Numbered from the stretch's first letter, positions 36,179-46,745 are shown. The stretch: 64,000 bases of DNA from Pseudomonadota bacterium (GCA_027320085.1 DAHVLZ010000010.1:1-64000); one strand, 5' to 3'. Translations and numbers: made by a program. Notes: generated by a model not told the origin, from the sequence alone.

Positions 36179-37475
36179 TGTTTTTGATCTCGTGATCGTG
36201 GGGGCCGGTCCTGCCGGTCTCGAGGCCGCACGGTCCGCCTCGAGAGCGGGACGGGGAGTCGCCGTGATCGATGACAATCCCCGACCGGGTGGGCAGATCT
36301 GGCGCCACGACCCCACGGAGAATCCACCCCGCCCCCTCCAAAGACTCCTCAACGACCTTGAATCCCGGGAGCGCATCCGCTTCTTCACCGGCCATCGCCT
36401 GGTGGCCTTCGAGTCCGGACCCACCCTCGTTCTCGAATCCGCAACCGGCCGGCGACGCCTCCGGGGCGAGAGCCTGCTCCTCGCCACCGGCGCGCGCGAG
36501 CTTTTCCTGCCCTTTCCCGGTTGGATGCTGCCCGGAATCCATGGTGCCGGCGGACTCCAGGCACTGGTCAAGGGCGGATGGCCCGTGGCCGGCCGGCGGG
36601 TGGTCCTCGCGGGTTCGGGCCCTCTCCTCCTGGCTTCGGCCGCCACACTTCTCCGCCATGGCGCACGGATCGAGGCCATCATCGAGCAGGCACCGACCGC
36701 GGACCTCCTCCGATTCCTGGCCCTCCTCCCGCGCTGGCCCCGCCAGACCACAACCGCCCTCGCCCTCCTGCGACGGCTTTTCCGCGTGCCCTACTGGCGT
36801 GGATCCTGGGTCACCGAGGCGCGGGGACGGGATGGGCTTCAGGAAATCGTGATCACGGACGGACGGCGGGAACGTGTCCTCGGCTGCGAGCTTTTGGGAA
36901 CGGGCTACGGACTTGTACCGAACATCGAGGCCGCGAATCTGCTCGGCTGCGAACTCACCCCGAGCCGTCATCCCGCGGTCCGGGTCGGGTCCCGGGGTGA
37001 AACGAGCCGCCCCGGTCTCTACGCCGCCGGCGAAATCACCGGGATCGGCGGTGCCGGACGGGCCCGTCTCCAGGGTGCTCTCGCCGGGGCTACTGCGGTG
37101 GGGGATCACCGTCAGTCCGACCGCCTGCTCGGCCGCAGCCGGGAGGCCGAAGCCTACGCCCGGCACTTCGCCCGGCATTTTCATCTGGGCGAGCCGGTCC
37201 GCCGGCTGGCCCGACCCGAAACCGTGATCTGCCGCTGCGAAGAGGTCCCACTCGACCGGATTCCCGAAATCCCGCAGGCGGATTCGCGCGGTCTCCGGCT
37301 CCTCACGCGGATCGGCATGGGCCCCTGCCAGGGCCGGATCTGTCTGCATGCCCTGGCCGAGACCCGGCCGGAACCCTTTCTCCGGGACTGGCTCGCCCGG
37401 CCCCGCCCCCCACTTTTCCCTGCCCGTCTCGAGACTCTTGCCGGTCCCGAGGTGGCCCATGGCCCTGAGACCTGA
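36171..37475 (+). CDS. FAD/NAD(P) oxidoreductase, dehydrogenase alpha-subunit-like
   Basis: GAGPAG, LATGARE.FLPFPGW, CRCEEV, GMGPCQGRIC. Confidence 0.85.
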   Translation: MIDVFDLVIVGAGPAGLEAARSASRAGRGVAVIDDNPRPGGQIWRHDPTENPPRPLQRLLNDLESRERIRFFTGHRLVAFESGPTLVLESATGRRRLRGESLLLATGARELFLPFPGWMLPGIHGAGGLQALVKGGWPVAGRRVVLAGSGPLLLASAATLLRHGARIEAIIEQAPTADLLRFLALLPRWPRQTTTALALLRRLFRVPYWRGSWVTEARGRDGLQEIVITDGRRERVLGCELLGTGYGLVPNIEAANLLGCELTPSRHPAVRVGSRGETSRPGLYAAGEITGIGGAGRARLQGALAGATAVGDHRQSDRLLGRSREAEAYARHFARHFHLGEPVRRLARPETVICRCEEVPLDRIPEIPQADSRGLRLLTRIGMGPCQGRICLHALAETRPEPFLRDWLARPRPPLFPARLETLAGPEVAHGPET

Positions 37476-37487
37476 TGTGAGATCCCC

Positions 37488-38381
37488 ATGAACCCATCGC
37501 CCGCCTTCGCCGGCATCTGGCCGGCCATCACCACCCCCTTTGACGGATCCGGCCATGTCGACCACGAGGCTTTGGCCGAGCATGCCGACCGTCTGATGGC
37601 GGCCGGGATCCACGGACTCGTGGCCCTGGGCTCGCTCGGCGAGGGAGGAACCCTCTCGCTCCCGGAAAAACGCGCGGTCGTGAAAACCCTGGTCGGGCGC
37701 CGGATCGCGGTGGCTGCGGCGGTCTCGGCCGTGGCCACCGATCAGGCGGTGGCCTTTGCCCGCACCGCCTCCGATCTCGGCGTGAGCGGTCTCATGGTCC
37801 TGCCTCCCTACGCCTATGTCGGCACGGCCGCTGAGATGGAGTCGCACATGTCGGAGATCTTTTCCGCGACTCCCCTCCCCTGCATGCTCTACAACAATCC
37901 CATCGCCTATGGCACGGACTTTGCGCCGGAGGCGATCCTGAGGCTGGCCCAGGCCCACCCCAACCTCGTTGCGGTCAAGGAATCCTCGGGCGATGTCCGT
38001 CGCATCACGGCCCTGCGGGCGCTCGCGGAGGAGCGACTCCTGCTTTCGGTCGGCGTGGACGACCTCGTGGTCGAAGGCATCGCCGCGGGTGCCCGCGGCT
38101 GGATCGCGGGACTCGCGAACGCCTTTCCGGAAGAATCCATGGCCCTCTACCGGCTGGCCCTCACCGGATCCGGGGCGGAATGCGAGACGCTCTACCGCTG
38201 GTTTCTGCCCCTCTTGCGCCTGGATACCGGTCCGCGATTCGTCCAGTGCATCAAGCTCGCCGAAGCGCGCGTCGGGCTCGGCAGCGAACGGGTGCGCCCG
38301 CCGCGCCGGCCACTCACCGGAGCCGAGCGCGAAGGGGTCCTGGCCGTGATCGAGAAGGCTTTGGCGACGCGGCCCTCATGA
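37488..38381 (+). CDS. DapA family, pyrroline-4-hydroxy-2-carboxylate deaminase-like
   Basis: GSLGE, MLYNNP, AVKESSGD, GVDD. Confidence 0.85.
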   Translation: MNPSPAFAGIWPAITTPFDGSGHVDHEALAEHADRLMAAGIHGLVALGSLGEGGTLSLPEKRAVVKTLVGRRIAVAAAVSAVATDQAVAFARTASDLGVSGLMVLPPYAYVGTAAEMESHMSEIFSATPLPCMLYNNPIAYGTDFAPEAILRLAQAHPNLVAVKESSGDVRRITALRALAEERLLLSVGVDDLVVEGIAAGARGWIAGLANAFPEESMALYRLALTGSGAECETLYRWFLPLLRLDTGPRFVQCIKLAEARVGLGSERVRPPRRPLTGAEREGVLAVIEKALATRPS

Positions 38382-39964
38382 GCACGGCGCAGCTCTGGAT
38401 CCGGGGATCCTTTCAACCGTCCGTGGATGGGGGGGACGCATTCCAGGCCTGGAATCCGGCGACCGGACGGCCGATTCTGGGCGAATACCCGATCTCCGGG
38501 GGGGGCGACCTCGAGGCCCTTCTCACGGCCGCGACCCAGGCCGCCCCCCTCCTGGCCGAAGCCGCCCCCGAAACGATTGCCCGCTTTCTCGAGGGCTACG
38601 CCCTGCGCATCGAATCCCATGCCGTGGCCCTGTCCGGGCTCGCCCACGAGGAAACCGCCCTCCCGGTCCGGCCGCGCCTGTTCGAGGTGGAGCTGCCCCG
38701 CACCCTGAAGCAGCTGCGGGAAGGTGCCCGGATCGCCCGCAGCCGGAACTGGCGGGAACCGGTGATCGACACGGCCGCCAACCTCCGCACCCAACGCGGA
38801 CCGCTCGGCAAGCCGGTCGTGATCTTCGGGCCCAACAACTTCCCCTTCGCCTTCAACGCCTTGTCCGGCAGCGACTTCGTGAGCGCCTGGGTGGCCCAGA
38901 ACCCGGTTCTGGCCAAGAGCCATCCGGGTCACCCCCATGTGACCGAGGCTTTGGCCCACCTGGCCCAGGAAAGTCTCGACGCGGCGGGACTCCCGCCGGG
39001 ATCCATCCAGCTCTGTTACGGGCTTGACGAGTCATCGGGTTTCGCGCTGGTGAGTGACCCCCGGGTCGGTGCCGTCTGTTTCACGGGAAGCCGCCCGGCC
39101 GGGCTTGCCCTCAAGGCCCATGCCGACACAGCCGGCATCCTGTTCTTCGGCGAGATGTCCTCGACCAACCCCCTCTTCATCCTGCCCGGGGCACTGGCCG
39201 AGCGCGGAGAGGCTCTGGCCTCCGAAATCGCCGCCTCCTGTCTTTTGGGATCCGGCCAGTTCTGCACCAAGCCCGGACTCCTCTTCCTGCCTTCCGGCAG
39301 AATCGCGGAGACCTGGATCGGGACCCTGACCGGTCATTTCGCCGCTGCCCCGACCGCCGTTCTGCTCGCGGACGGTGTCCGCAGACGTTTCGAGGCGGCG
39401 CTTGTGGCCTGGGAGCAGGCCGGAGCCCGGCGTCTCACCGCCCTCCGGCCGGTCACCGAGGCCGGCTTCCGGGCCCGGCCCGCACTTTTCTCGGTCGACA
39501 TCCAGACCTTCCTCGCCCACCGGGGTGAACTCGAGACGGAGGCCTTCGGCCCGGCCGCCCTCGTCGTCCACGGGATCGATCCCGGCGAGATGCCCGGGGT
39601 CGCTCACAGACTCGAAGGCCAGCTCACGGCGACCCTCCTCACCGCTCACGACGGCGCGGACGAGGATTTCTACACCCCCCTGGCCGCCGTGCTCCGGAGC
39701 CGGGCCGGCAGGCTGCTCAACGACAAGATGCCGACGGGCGTCCTGGTCTCCCCGGCCATGAACCATGGAGGGCCGTTCCCGGCCACGAACCAGCCCGGTT
39801 TCACGTCGGTGGGACTGCCCGGCGCGATCCGGCGTCTCACCGCGCTTCACTGCTACGACGGCATCCGGCCCGGACGTCTTCCGGCCGAGCTCGGCAACCC
39901 CAACCCCGTTCCGGGACTCTGGCGGCTGGTCGACGGCACCTGGACCGACCGGGATATCGACTGA
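38378..39964 (+). CDS. alpha-ketoglutaric semialdehyde dehydrogenase-like aldehyde dehydrogenase
   Basis: FGPNNFPFAF, FTGS, EMSSTNP, GQFCTKPG, HGGPFPAT. Confidence 0.87.
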   Translation: MSTAQLWIRGSFQPSVDGGDAFQAWNPATGRPILGEYPISGGGDLEALLTAATQAAPLLAEAAPETIARFLEGYALRIESHAVALSGLAHEETALPVRPRLFEVELPRTLKQLREGARIARSRNWREPVIDTAANLRTQRGPLGKPVVIFGPNNFPFAFNALSGSDFVSAWVAQNPVLAKSHPGHPHVTEALAHLAQESLDAAGLPPGSIQLCYGLDESSGFALVSDPRVGAVCFTGSRPAGLALKAHADTAGILFFGEMSSTNPLFILPGALAERGEALASEIAASCLLGSGQFCTKPGLLFLPSGRIAETWIGTLTGHFAAAPTAVLLADGVRRRFEAALVAWEQAGARRLTALRPVTEAGFRARPALFSVDIQTFLAHRGELETEAFGPAALVVHGIDPGEMPGVAHRLEGQLTATLLTAHDGADEDFYTPLAAVLRSRAGRLLNDKMPTGVLVSPAMNHGGPFPATNQPGFTSVGLPGAIRRLTALHCYDGIRPGRLPAELGNPNPVPGLWRLVDGTWTDRDID

Positions 39965-40029
39965 GGCATCCGCCGGGGAGCCGACCTTGCTATGATGGGC
40001 CGGACTGCCCCAGAACAAGAGAGCAAGCC

Positions 40030-41448
40030 ATGGCGATCTGGCAGAACCTGACCCGCCACAAGTCGGTCGAGGAGATTCAGCGGGAGGCCGGCGAAAGCCG
40101 GGCGTTCCAGCGCGTGCTCGGATTGGGACACCTCACCGCCATCGGACTCGGCGGGATCATCGGCGTCGGCATCTTCGTGCTGACCGGGATCGTGGCCGCC
40201 CGGGATTCGGGGCCGGCCATCATCCTCTCCTTCGTGATCGCCGGCACGGCGAGCGCGGCGGCGGCCTTGTGCTACGCCGAGTTCGCGGGCATGCTCCCCG
40301 TGACCGGGAGCACCTACGCCTACACCTATGCCGTCCTGGGCGAGTTTGCCGCGTGGCTCATCGGCTGGGATTTCCTGCTCGAGTATCCGCTCATCGTGGC
40401 GGTGGTCGCGGCCGGTTGGTCCGGTTACGTCCAGGCCCTCCTGGGATCGGCCGGTCTCACCCTACCCCCGTGGGCACAAGGGGCGATGGGGAGTGCGCCG
40501 GGGCATGTGTTTGACGTGATCGCCGCCGGGATTTCCCTCGCAATCGCCATCCTCCTGACCCTCCGCACCGAGTGGGGCGCCCGCTTCAACTCGACCATCG
40601 TCACGATCAAGATCGCAGGACTCCTCCTCGTGATCGCGGTCGGCTTGTTCTTCATCCATCCATCCAACTGGCACCCCTTCATGCCCTTCGGCTTCCACGG
40701 CGTCCTCGTGGGGGCGGCGGTGGTCTTCTTCGCCGTCTTCGGTTACGACACGCTCACGACCGCAGCCGAGGAATCCAAGAACCCCCAGCACGACCTGCCG
40801 TGGGCGGTGGTCCTCTCGCTTGCGATCTCGATGGCGCTCTACCTGGCCGTCTGCCTCGTCTTGACCGGGATCGTCCCCTACACCACGCTCAACAACGCCG
40901 CTCCCGTCGCCAATGCCTTCTCGGCGATCGGCCTGCCCTGGGTCATGATCGTGATCTCGCTGGCCGCGATCGCCGGGATCACGAGCGTGCTCTTCGCAAA
41001 CCTCCTGGCCGGCGCCCGCATCGGCTTCGCCCTGTCGCGGGACGGCCTCCTGCCCGCCTGGTTCGCCCGCGTGCACCCGCGTTTCGGAACTCCCTACCGG
41101 ACGACCCTCCCCCTCGGCGTCCTGATCGCCCTCGTCGCCGGACTGTTTCCGCTGACCACGGTGGCCCGCCTTGTCAACATTGGTTTTCTCTCGGCCTTCA
41201 TCGTGATTTCGGGATCGATCCTGGTCCTGCGCTATACCCGCCCCGAGCTGCCGCGCCGCTTCCGCACGCCCTGGGTCCCCGTCGTTCCCCTGATCGGGAT
41301 GGGATTTTCGGCCTGGTTGATCTCGGGCCTGCCGGCCTCGACCGACTGGGGTTTTGCGATCTGGATCGGGCTCGGCATCCTCGTCTACTTCGGTTACGGC
41401 ATCCGGCGCAGCCGGCTGGCCGGCCGCACCCATCCGTCCTCCTCGTGA
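40030..41448 (+). CDS. APC family amino acid permease
   Basis: GGIIGVGIF, CYAEFA, FMPFG, about 12 TM helices. Confidence 0.92.
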   Translation: MAIWQNLTRHKSVEEIQREAGESRAFQRVLGLGHLTAIGLGGIIGVGIFVLTGIVAARDSGPAIILSFVIAGTASAAAALCYAEFAGMLPVTGSTYAYTYAVLGEFAAWLIGWDFLLEYPLIVAVVAAGWSGYVQALLGSAGLTLPPWAQGAMGSAPGHVFDVIAAGISLAIAILLTLRTEWGARFNSTIVTIKIAGLLLVIAVGLFFIHPSNWHPFMPFGFHGVLVGAAVVFFAVFGYDTLTTAAEESKNPQHDLPWAVVLSLAISMALYLAVCLVLTGIVPYTTLNNAAPVANAFSAIGLPWVMIVISLAAIAGITSVLFANLLAGARIGFALSRDGLLPAWFARVHPRFGTPYRTTLPLGVLIALVAGLFPLTTVARLVNIGFLSAFIVISGSILVLRYTRPELPRRFRTPWVPVVPLIGMGFSAWLISGLPASTDWGFAIWIGLGILVYFGYGIRRSRLAGRTHPSSS

Positions 41449-41464
41449 TTCCTGAACAACCGGG

Positions 41465-42397
41465 GTGATGTCCTTGCCACCATCTCCCACCACCCCGCCG
41501 CTTCGCTACTCCCAAGTCATCTCCCGTGCCTGGACCCTCACCTGGAAGGGTCCCGCAGGCACGCGGCGCTACGGATTGTGGTCGGTCTTGATCCTTGCCT
41601 TGATCGTGCTTCCCCTCTGCGTGCTCGCGGTCGTGACCCTGGTCAGCATGGCCAAAGGGAGCCTCGCAACCCCACCCGTATCCCCACTCGCCCCCTTTGC
41701 GGGTTCCTTTCCCGCCTTCTCCCTTCTGGCCCTCTTCGGGATACTCCCCGCAGACGCCCTTTTTCTCCTCTGGCTGATCGGATTCAATGGGGGACTTGCC
41801 GAATCCTTCTCCGCACGTCCGCCGCGGATGCGGCGCTTCTTTGAGGATTTGGGCCAGAAACAGAGCTGGCAACTGGTCGGCGTGTTCCTGGTCCTGGTGC
41901 TTTGTTTCATGTTCGCCGATCAGGGACTCTTCTGGCTCATGAGCCAGATCTGGGGCCCCCCGTTCCGGGCGATTCCCGGTCGGCCGCCGGCCCCGAACTG
42001 GCTCCATTTCTTTCTGGATTTCCTGTGCGTCTGGATCCTGCTCTATACCCTCGGCGTCTGGACGTATTACGTGATCCCGCTCGCTGCCCGCTATCGCCTG
42101 GGTGCCCGTCAATCCCTGGCGAAGGCGCTCGGCATCTACCGGAAGGGCAGGCGGCGCTGGTTCTGGTTCCCCCTCATCCTGATTTTGCTCTCCCTGGGCA
42201 GTCTGCTCCCGCTTTATCTCCTGCTCGGCCTGCTTGTCCTTCTGGCCTATTGGATCAACCTCCCTCTTCCTTCCGATCTCCACCCGATGATCATCCTGAT
42301 TGCAGCTGCCCTCATGCTTTGCATCCTCGTTTTTTACTTCCTGGTTTTCTTCCTGTTCTACTCCTTCGCCCTGCTCGAAGCCTCTTCCGCACTCTGA
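41465..42397 (+). CDS. hypothetical polytopic membrane protein
   Basis: 310-aa ORF with multiple hydrophobic helices, 16 bp after the permease. Confidence 0.7.
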   Translation: MMSLPPSPTTPPLRYSQVISRAWTLTWKGPAGTRRYGLWSVLILALIVLPLCVLAVVTLVSMAKGSLATPPVSPLAPFAGSFPAFSLLALFGILPADALFLLWLIGFNGGLAESFSARPPRMRRFFEDLGQKQSWQLVGVFLVLVLCFMFADQGLFWLMSQIWGPPFRAIPGRPPAPNWLHFFLDFLCVWILLYTLGVWTYYVIPLAARYRLGARQSLAKALGIYRKGRRRWFWFPLILILLSLGSLLPLYLLLGLLVLLAYWINLPLPSDLHPMIILIAAALMLCILVFYFLVFFLFYSFALLEASSAL

Positions 42398-42954
42398 ACG
42401 CGGGATCAGCAAGCGAGCCAAGGACAGGCCACACGCGGGGCAAGGCGGGTGACCGGCTTTGCTCGCGGGAGGAATCCAGGGAGGGAGAGGGCTTGGCCCC
42501 CGGAGAACACCCGGATCCGGGCGTCCGCCTTCCGCCCCGGGGGCCGGATCAGCCGGCTCAAGCCCGCGTAGTCGTCAATGTCCCTTTGCCTTCCTGTCTG
42601 CGGAGAAGGGGCAAGGAGTGCCCCCGGGCCGCAGCGGACCCCACTGCGGCCCTTCGGGGTGTACGGATGGCGAGGCCAGCCGATCCTTGCGACCTCGGCG
42701 GTCCCCCATAGCTCCCGTGTGGGGTTGCAGAATCCAGGGCGATGTTCCCAAGGAAATGGAGGCGAGCCTGCACAGCTCCAAAGCAGCCAAAATTCCCCCC
42801 CACCAACGGAAAAACACGCGGCTTTCGCCGACAGTGACTTGAATGATTCGCGCCGGAGTGCGTTGAGCCACACTGAAGGCGGCCTAGACACCCGCCGCCC
42901 CGGGTCATTGCCCTCCCTCGGGACAGGGCTACCGGGGTGGACGGGCGATCGGTC

Positions 42955-43563
42955 TCAGGCCTTGAGTCCCTCGGCGGCGAAGGCCTGCTGCACGGCCGGA
43001 CGGCTTGCGATCCGTTTTTGATAGTCAACCAAAGCCGGCCAGCGCGAGAGATCAAAACCGACGGTTTTCGACCAGTTGGTCACGGTGAAGCAGTAGGCGT
43101 CGGCCACGGTGAAGGCACTGCCCATGAGAAAGGGTTGCCGGGCGAGCGTCTCGGAGATGAATGCGTAACGACGTTCGAGGTTCCCGGTAAAGATCTTCTT
43201 GACCTCCGCGGGAACCTGCGGGTTGAAAAGCGGCGAATACTGTTTATGGAGCTCCGTGCTCACGAAGTTGAGCCATTCCTGGAGACGGCTGCGTTCGAAA
43301 GTCCCGGCACGCGGTGCCAGCCCGCTTTCGGGTTTGCGGTCGGCCAGATACTGGACGATGGCCGCCCCCTCCGTCAAGATCGCCCCGTCGTCGAGTTCGA
43401 GGGCCGGGACATACCCTTTCGGATTGATCTCGAGAAAGTTCCGGTCGGTCCCGGTCTTCCGGGTCTTGAGGTCGACCCGCTCGAGCGTGACCGGAAGATT
43501 CGCCTCATGGCAGACAATGTGCGGCGAGAGCGAACAGGCGCCGGGAGAGTAGTAAAGCTTCAT
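42955..43563 (-). CDS. gstA: glutathione S-transferase (beta class)
   Basis: MKLYYSPGACSL, NPKGYVPAL, LTEGAAIVQYLAD, STELHK. Confidence 0.92.
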   Translation of the reverse strand: MKLYYSPGACSLSPHIVCHEANLPVTLERVDLKTRKTGTDRNFLEINPKGYVPALELDDGAILTEGAAIVQYLADRKPESGLAPRAGTFERSRLQEWLNFVSTELHKQYSPLFNPQVPAEVKKIFTGNLERRYAFISETLARQPFLMGSAFTVADAYCFTVTNWSKTVGFDLSRWPALVDYQKRIASRPAVQQAFAAEGLKA

Positions 43564-43663
43564 GCCGGACCCACCAAAAAGCCTTAAAGGTAACCAAGTG
43601 CGAGCGCGTATTTTAAAGAATCGACCGGTGGCTTTCAAGACTCCTCCTGTCGAGCTTCTTCCG

Positions 43664-43810
43664 ATGATCGCGACCCTCAAGACCCATGGGCTCAAGACAA
43701 AGGAGCAGATCCAAGCCTTCCCCGGAGTCACTCTCCCCCTCGGTTTTGAGGCCCCTCCCACAGGGTGCCGCCTATGACTGGGTCCAGGCGCGAGTTGCGC
43801 CGTTTCGATT
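43664..43810 (+). mobile_element. transposase N-terminal relic (integrase-core type, frameshifted)
   Basis: MIATLKTHGLKTKEQIQAF..GFEAP / AAYDWV / ELRRF resembles N-termini of integrase-domain transposases. Confidence 0.5.
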
Positions 43811-43841
43811 CACGTCCTGGTATCAATCGTTGCAGCCCGGA
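43809..43841 (+). repeat. 33-bp direct repeat, copy 1
   Basis: TTCACGTCCTGGTATCAATCGTTGCAGCCCGGA; 32/33 identical to 50098-50130. Confidence 0.9.
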
Positions 43842-43910
43842 GACGACAGACCCTGAGCGAGTTCAGCCCAAAACGGTTTTTTGCAAGGTATCGATTGTAT
43901 GTGTATGCAA

Positions 43911-43988
43911 TATTCAACGCATAATGTGCGTTTAATAGTTGCATCTTGCGATGAATGCCGGTTATAATCAACGCAGAGGATGCGTTGA
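43911..43988 (+). promoter_or_regulatory. fic promoter with two AACGCA-N5-TGCGTT palindromes
   Basis: Palindromes at 43911-43937 and 43968-43988 flank TTGCAT-18-TATAAT. Confidence 0.65.
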
Positions 43989-45098
43989 ATGTATATCCAT
44001 GAACTCAAGGACTGGCCCCACTTCGCCTGGAACGCGGAGCCACTTGTGGAATCACTTGCCTCCGTCCGCCACCGGCAAGGCCGGTGGATCGGCAGCATGC
44101 AAGCCCTCGGGTTCAGCCTCCGGCAGGAGGCCGTCCTGGAGACCCTGACTCGGGATGTTCTCAAAAGCAGCGAGATCGAGGGCGAAAAGCTCGATGCCGG
44201 ACAGGTCCGCTCGTCGATTGCCCGACGCCTGGGCATGGACATCGGTGCGCTCAAGCCAACCGACAGCCACGTTGAAGGCGTCGTCGAGATGATGCTCGAC
44301 GCGACGCGTCATTACGACCGCCCGCTCACTGCGGGCCGTCTGTCTGCCTGGCACGCCTCATTGTTCCCTACGGGGTACAGCGGCATGACAAAAATCCGGA
44401 CGGGCGTCTGGCGCGATGACAGCACGGGACCGATGCAAGTTGTCTCCGGCCCCATCGGCCAGGCGCACGTCCATTACGAAGCGCCGAAGGCGGAGCGCGT
44501 CGACACCGAAATGCGCGCCTTCCTCGAATGGTTTGAGGCCGGCCCTCCAATGGATCTTGTGTTGAAGTCCGCCGAGGCCCATCTCTGGTTCGTGACCCTT
44601 CACCCGTTCGATGACGGGAACGGCCGCATCGCGCGCGCCCTAGCCGACATGGCTTTAGCGCGGTCGGAACGCAGCCCGCAGCGTTTCTACAGCATGTCGG
44701 CACAAATCCGGCAGGAACGGAACGACTATTACGATATTCTGGAGCGTACGCAAAAAGGAACCCTGGACATCACACCGTGGATGGAGTGGTTCCTCGGCTG
44801 TCTCGGGCGTGCCATTGACGGCGCGCAGGCGACCTTGGCCGCGATCCTCGCCAAAGCACGTTTCCGGGACCGCATCAAAAGCATTCCGCTGAACGAACGC
44901 CAGCGCCTTGTCCTGAACCGGCTTCTCGACGGCTTCGAAGGCAAGCTCACGAATTCGAAATACGCAGCACTGGCCAAATGCTCGCATGACACGGCGCTCC
45001 GCGATATTCTCCAGCTCGTCGAGCGTGGCATTCTCGTGCGCAACGCCGAAGGCGGCCGCAGTACGAGTTATTCACTGGCGGGCGAGATGCCCAGATGA
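43989..45098 (+). CDS. Fic family protein (DUF4172-type, C-terminal wHTH)
   Basis: SSEIEGE inhibitory motif, HPFDDGNGRIAR, GGRSTSY. Confidence 0.93.
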   Translation: MYIHELKDWPHFAWNAEPLVESLASVRHRQGRWIGSMQALGFSLRQEAVLETLTRDVLKSSEIEGEKLDAGQVRSSIARRLGMDIGALKPTDSHVEGVVEMMLDATRHYDRPLTAGRLSAWHASLFPTGYSGMTKIRTGVWRDDSTGPMQVVSGPIGQAHVHYEAPKAERVDTEMRAFLEWFEAGPPMDLVLKSAEAHLWFVTLHPFDDGNGRIARALADMALARSERSPQRFYSMSAQIRQERNDYYDILERTQKGTLDITPWMEWFLGCLGRAIDGAQATLAAILAKARFRDRIKSIPLNERQRLVLNRLLDGFEGKLTNSKYAALAKCSHDTALRDILQLVERGILVRNAEGGRSTSYSLAGEMPR

Positions 45099-45162
45099 TT
45101 CTTGCTGGTGTGTATAGGGGGCCAAGCAGCGAAGCGCCCTATCGGGCCCGATGATGGCGACG

Positions 45163-45315
45163 ATGGATTAACGCAAGAGTCGGCTCCGTCCACGCCAGCA
45201 AAGCACACTGATCGCGCACGTTGTGGCGGGCCCCACGGCCCGTGCGGCGGGCGGGATTGTCGGCGTTCAACCCAACACGGCGATCCGCTTCTTGATGCGC
45301 CTACGCCAGCTTACC
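45163..45315 (+). mobile_element. IS1595-family transposase N-terminal relic
   Basis: RKSRL..Q..LI..VAG.TARAA..VGVQPNTA..F..RLRQL; in-frame stop at codon 3. Confidence 0.7.
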
Positions 45316-45344
45316 GTTATTGCAAAGTCCTGCGAAAATCGTTT

Positions 45345-45450
45345 CAAGGCGCTCACACGTCCCAATCACCCTCGATCTCAACTGTTGCATTTTTTGCAAC
45401 AGTTGCTTTTCGAGAAAGCTTCTCGAACCCGAACACATTGCGCAACTGAC
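45345..45450 (-). pseudogene. RhuM-like DNA-binding protein fragment
   Basis: LRNVF..LSRKATVAKNATVEIEG. Confidence 0.6.
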
Positions 45451-45479
45451 TGGAAATCAAGGACTTATCGCGCCCCATA

Positions 45480-45836
45480 CGGTGGACCCAGTTGTCAAGG
45501 CAGATTTCAAGACTTCTATCCCTCACCTGTGGTCTCGTGGAGGACCTCCCATGGGAGATTCATACGCATGGAGGTAGACCTCCCACCCATGGGCGGCCTT
45601 GAGCTCGTGAATTTTCTGGTCCAAGAAGACCCCGGAAAGGCCTTCTCAAGACTGGCTTCTCCACCGGACCAGAAGGGAGTGATGATTTCCGTGCCCGGAT
45701 GCCAACCGAGACAGGGTCTTTCCTTCTCGTAGAAGTTCAAAAACGACCTTCGATTTGAACCCGGGTAGTGTTTGCGATCGGTTTTCATTGTGCTTAAGGA
45801 TCCCTCTCTTTCTTGTCCAGATTTCCGGGTCCATCA
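45480..45836 (-). mobile_element. internally deleted IS3-family element
   Basis: End TGATGGACCCGGAAATCTGGACA, imperfect IR at 45480; orfA relic FKSKVVFELLREGKTLSRLAS. Confidence 0.72.
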
Positions 45837-45935
45837 TAATTCGCGTGACCCTGGCGGCGATTTCTCCGAAAGAGTGACGAGTCTGCGCAAGAGCGCAGAC
45901 TCCATACTCTCGCTGTTGAAGTAGAAGGGGTCTGA

Positions 45936-46172
45936 GTGGCGAAGCCCAAGAAACCAAAGAAGCGCAGTCCATTCGCTGAAGCAGGAAGAATTCCGGCCGG
46001 AGAGGCGAAAGCCGCCGGCCGCGGCACAAGCGTGAACCGAAATCCAAAGCTGGCCGCCCGTGTCGGGCGCGCGCTGCTGCGAGCGGCTGTGGTGACTCGG
46101 TGCACGGCGCGGATGCACGGGACGCTACTTTACGTCTGGGAGAACGGAAAGGTCGTCGCCAAACGCCCGTAA
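45936..46172 (+). CDS. small basic hypothetical protein
   Basis: RAL.RA...AR.HG..LYVWENGKVVA, a pattern seen in small TA-associated proteins. Confidence 0.55.
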   Translation: MAKPKKPKKRSPFAEAGRIPAGEAKAAGRGTSVNRNPKLAARVGRALLRAAVVTRCTARMHGTLLYVWENGKVVAKRP

Positions 46173-46445
46173 TGGGCTTCGCGACGGCGATGCCGGTAAC
46201 TCTGGACGCCCCGATCTCCGGTAGGTCGACAAGCACCAGGGCCACCGGCGCTCAGGTCTACCCGCGGATGAAAGTGCATACCGATTCTCAATGTCTGTAT
46301 GCACTTTCTTCCATGTCCGCCGACCTCAGGAGGTCATTCTGTGAAGCGGCCAACCAAAGAGACCATGGCGGCGGGCCGAAAAAATAGGTAAAATCAATCA
46401 CTAATACCCTCACGCACTGCGAGCCAACCCGGGTAAAATTAGGCA

Positions 46446-46745
46446 ATGGAACGTGACGATGCCCTTCGCCGTCTCCGCGAACGCCGCGAGCAACTGAATG
46501 CCCTAGGCGTCGGGCAGCTATTCCTTTACGGATCGGTGGCGCGCAACGAGGCTCGCGTGGACAGTGACGTCGACCTTCTCGTCGAGCCTTCAAACCAGCG
46601 ATTTTCAATCTTCGATTTGGTGCGCGTGCGAGATGTCTGCCGCACAATCTTGGGCGTCAACGCTGACATTCACGATTACGACGGCCTGCGCCGCCTGCCA
46701 GAATTCCGGCGACGCGTCGGCGGCGATCTCATCCGTGTCTTCTGA
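46446..46745 (+). CDS. MNT nucleotidyltransferase antitoxin (MntA-like)
   Basis: GSVARNEARVDSDVD = GSx10DxD. Confidence 0.9.
   Translation: MERDDALRRLRERREQLNALGVGQLFLYGSVARNEARVDSDVDLLVEPSNQRFSIFDLVRVRDVCRTILGVNADIHDYDGLRRLPEFRRRVGGDLIRVF

Noticed and set aside
34845-37475. hcnABC cyanide synthase or opine oxidase
   Set aside because: Same families, but the epimerase, deaminase and KGSA dehydrogenase context indicates hydroxyproline-type catabolism
45379-45405. Palindrome CAACTGTTGCA-TTTT-TGCAACAGTTG as an operator or att site
   Set aside because: Falls in the ATVAKNATV coding motif of a RhuM fragment
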